From: Podarcis erhardii
Lineage: Eukaryota
Direction: 5' to 3' (one strand)
Length of the DNA stretch: 64,000 bases
NCBI GenBank assembly: GCA_964252035.1
Contig: OZ176203.1
Shown here: one piece after another, positions 62,767 to 64,000 of the stretch
Layout of the letters: each line of letters begins with the position of its first letter
Numbering within the stretch: the first letter of the stretch is position 1
Notes under the pieces: generated by a model
Told to the model about the DNA's origin: nothing
Database searches by the model: none
The model's input: only the letters and a program-made list of their open reading frames with translations
Translations under genes and position numbers: made by a program

Positions 62767-64000
62767 TAATAATAATAATAATAATAATAATTTATTATTT
62801 ATACCCCGCCCATCTGGCTGGGCCTCCCCAGCCACTCTGGGCGGCTTCCAAAAGAATATTAAAATACTATGATACATCAAACATTAAAAGCATCCCTAAA
62901 CAGGGCTGCCTTCAGATGTCTTCTAAAAGTCTGGTAGTTGTTGTTCTCTTTGACATCTGGTGGGAGGGCATTCCACAGGGAGGGCGCCACTACCGAGAAG
63001 GCCCTCTGCCTGGTTCCCTGTAACTTGACTTCTCGCAGTGAGGGAACCGCCAGAAGGCCCTCGGTGCTGGACCTCAGTGTCCGGGTAGAACGATGGGGGT
63101 GGAGACGCTCCTTCAGGTATACTGGACCGAGGCCGTTTAGGGCTTTAAAGGTCAGCACCAACACTTTGAATTGTGCTCGGAAACGTACTGGGAGCCAATG
63201 TAGGTCTTTCAAGACCGGTGTTATATGGTCTCGGCAGCCGCTCCCTGTCACCAGTCTGGCTGCTGCGTTCTGGATTAGTTGTAGTTTCCGGGTCACCTTC
63301 AAAGGTAGCCCCACGTAGAGTGCATTGCAGTAGTCCAAGCGGGAGATAACCAGAGCATGCACCACTCTGGCGAGGCAGTCCACAGGCAGATAGGGTCTCA
63401 GCCTGCGTACCAGATGGAGCTGGTACACAGCTGCCCTGGACACGGATTTAACCTGTGCCTCCATGGACAGCTGTGAGTCCAAAATGACTCCCAGGCTGCA
63501 CACCTGGTCCTTCAGGGGCACAGGTACCCCATTCAGGACCAGGGAGTCCTCCACACCTGCCCGCCTCCTGTCCCCCAGAAACAGTACTTCTGTCTTGTCA
63601 GGATTCAATCTCAATCTGTTAGCCGCCATCCATCCTCCAACCGCCTCCAGACACTCACACAGGACCGTCACCGCCTTCACTGGTTCTGATTTGAAAGAGA
63701 GGTAGAGCTGGGTATCATCCGCATACTGATGAACACCCAGCCCAAACCTCCTGATGATCTCTCCCAGCGGCTGCATGTAGATGTTGAAAAGCATGGGGGA
63801 GAGGACAGAACCCTGAGGCACCCCACAAGTGAGAGCCCAGGGGTCTGAACACTCATCCCCCACCACCACTTTCTGAACACGGCCCAGGAGGAAGGAGCGG
63901 AACCACTGTATGACAGTGCCCCCAGCTCCCAGCCCCTCAAGACGGTCCAGAAGGATGTTATGGTCGATGGTATCAAACGCCGCTGAGAGATCCAGCAGAA
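62767..64000 (-). mobile_element. L2 (CR1-superclade) LINE, young, running off the window end
   Basis: RT ORF with GVPQGSVLSPMLFNIYM...HQYADDTQLYLSF. The frame stays open upstream to the edge (LLDLSAAFDTIDHNILLDRL). It has a 3' UTR and an (ATT)n tail at 62767-62790. Confidence 0.93.

Larger units (their letters stand above)
1..64000 (+). other. DMD: Dystrophin gene body (end of intron 2 to start of intron 11); the gene extends beyond both window edges
   Basis: Nine exons in order with canonical splice sites and human-like sizes and phases splice into one 1241-nt open frame. Introns: i3 2.3 kb, i4 1.8 kb, i5 1.8 kb, i6 5.8 kb, i7 24.2 kb, i8 2.2 kb, i9 12.8 kb, i10 305 bp. Confidence 0.97.

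Noticed and set aside
62938-63976. ORFs 62938-63318, 63463-63705 and 63677-63976
   Set aside because: Shadow frames of the GC-rich L2 ORF2.
1-64000. Muscle enhancer motifs (MEF2, CArG), miRNA or snoRNA genes, NUMT
   Set aside because: By-eye scanning found only near-miss motifs (e.g. CTAAATAATAG near 39884, CCTTATAAAAGG near 10785) and no RNA gene or mitochondrial sequence I could support. An Infernal/Rfam search would be needed to exclude them.

Overview
Vertebrate genomic DNA with no prokaryotic features, almost certainly from a squamate lizard and probably a lacertid such as Podarcis or Lacerta (inferred from the Sauria and Squam3-type SINEs and young BovB, L2 and Tigger-like MITE copies). 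The window lies inside the dystrophin (DMD) gene on the + strand and contains exons 3-11: 93, 78, 93, 173, 119, 179, 135, 189 and 182 nt, all GT-AG and joining into one open frame. They encode the CH1/CH2 actin-binding domain, hinge 1 and spectrin repeat 1. The introns hold a diverse TE load: RTE-BovB, a second RTE, L2 (one copy with an RT ORF still open at the window edge), CR1, Penelope remnants, four tRNA-derived SINE types, Tigger-like and hAT MITEs with clear TSDs, microsatellites, and a 154-nt N gap. I found no convincing novel biological system. The best leads are modest: a candidate alternative or poison exon in intron 2, inverted MITE copies bracketing exon blocks (possible circRNA), the conserved weak exon 9 donor, a telomere-like insert in one MITE, and a possibly intact L2. 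All comparisons to human DMD and to named TE families are from recall, not from database searches.
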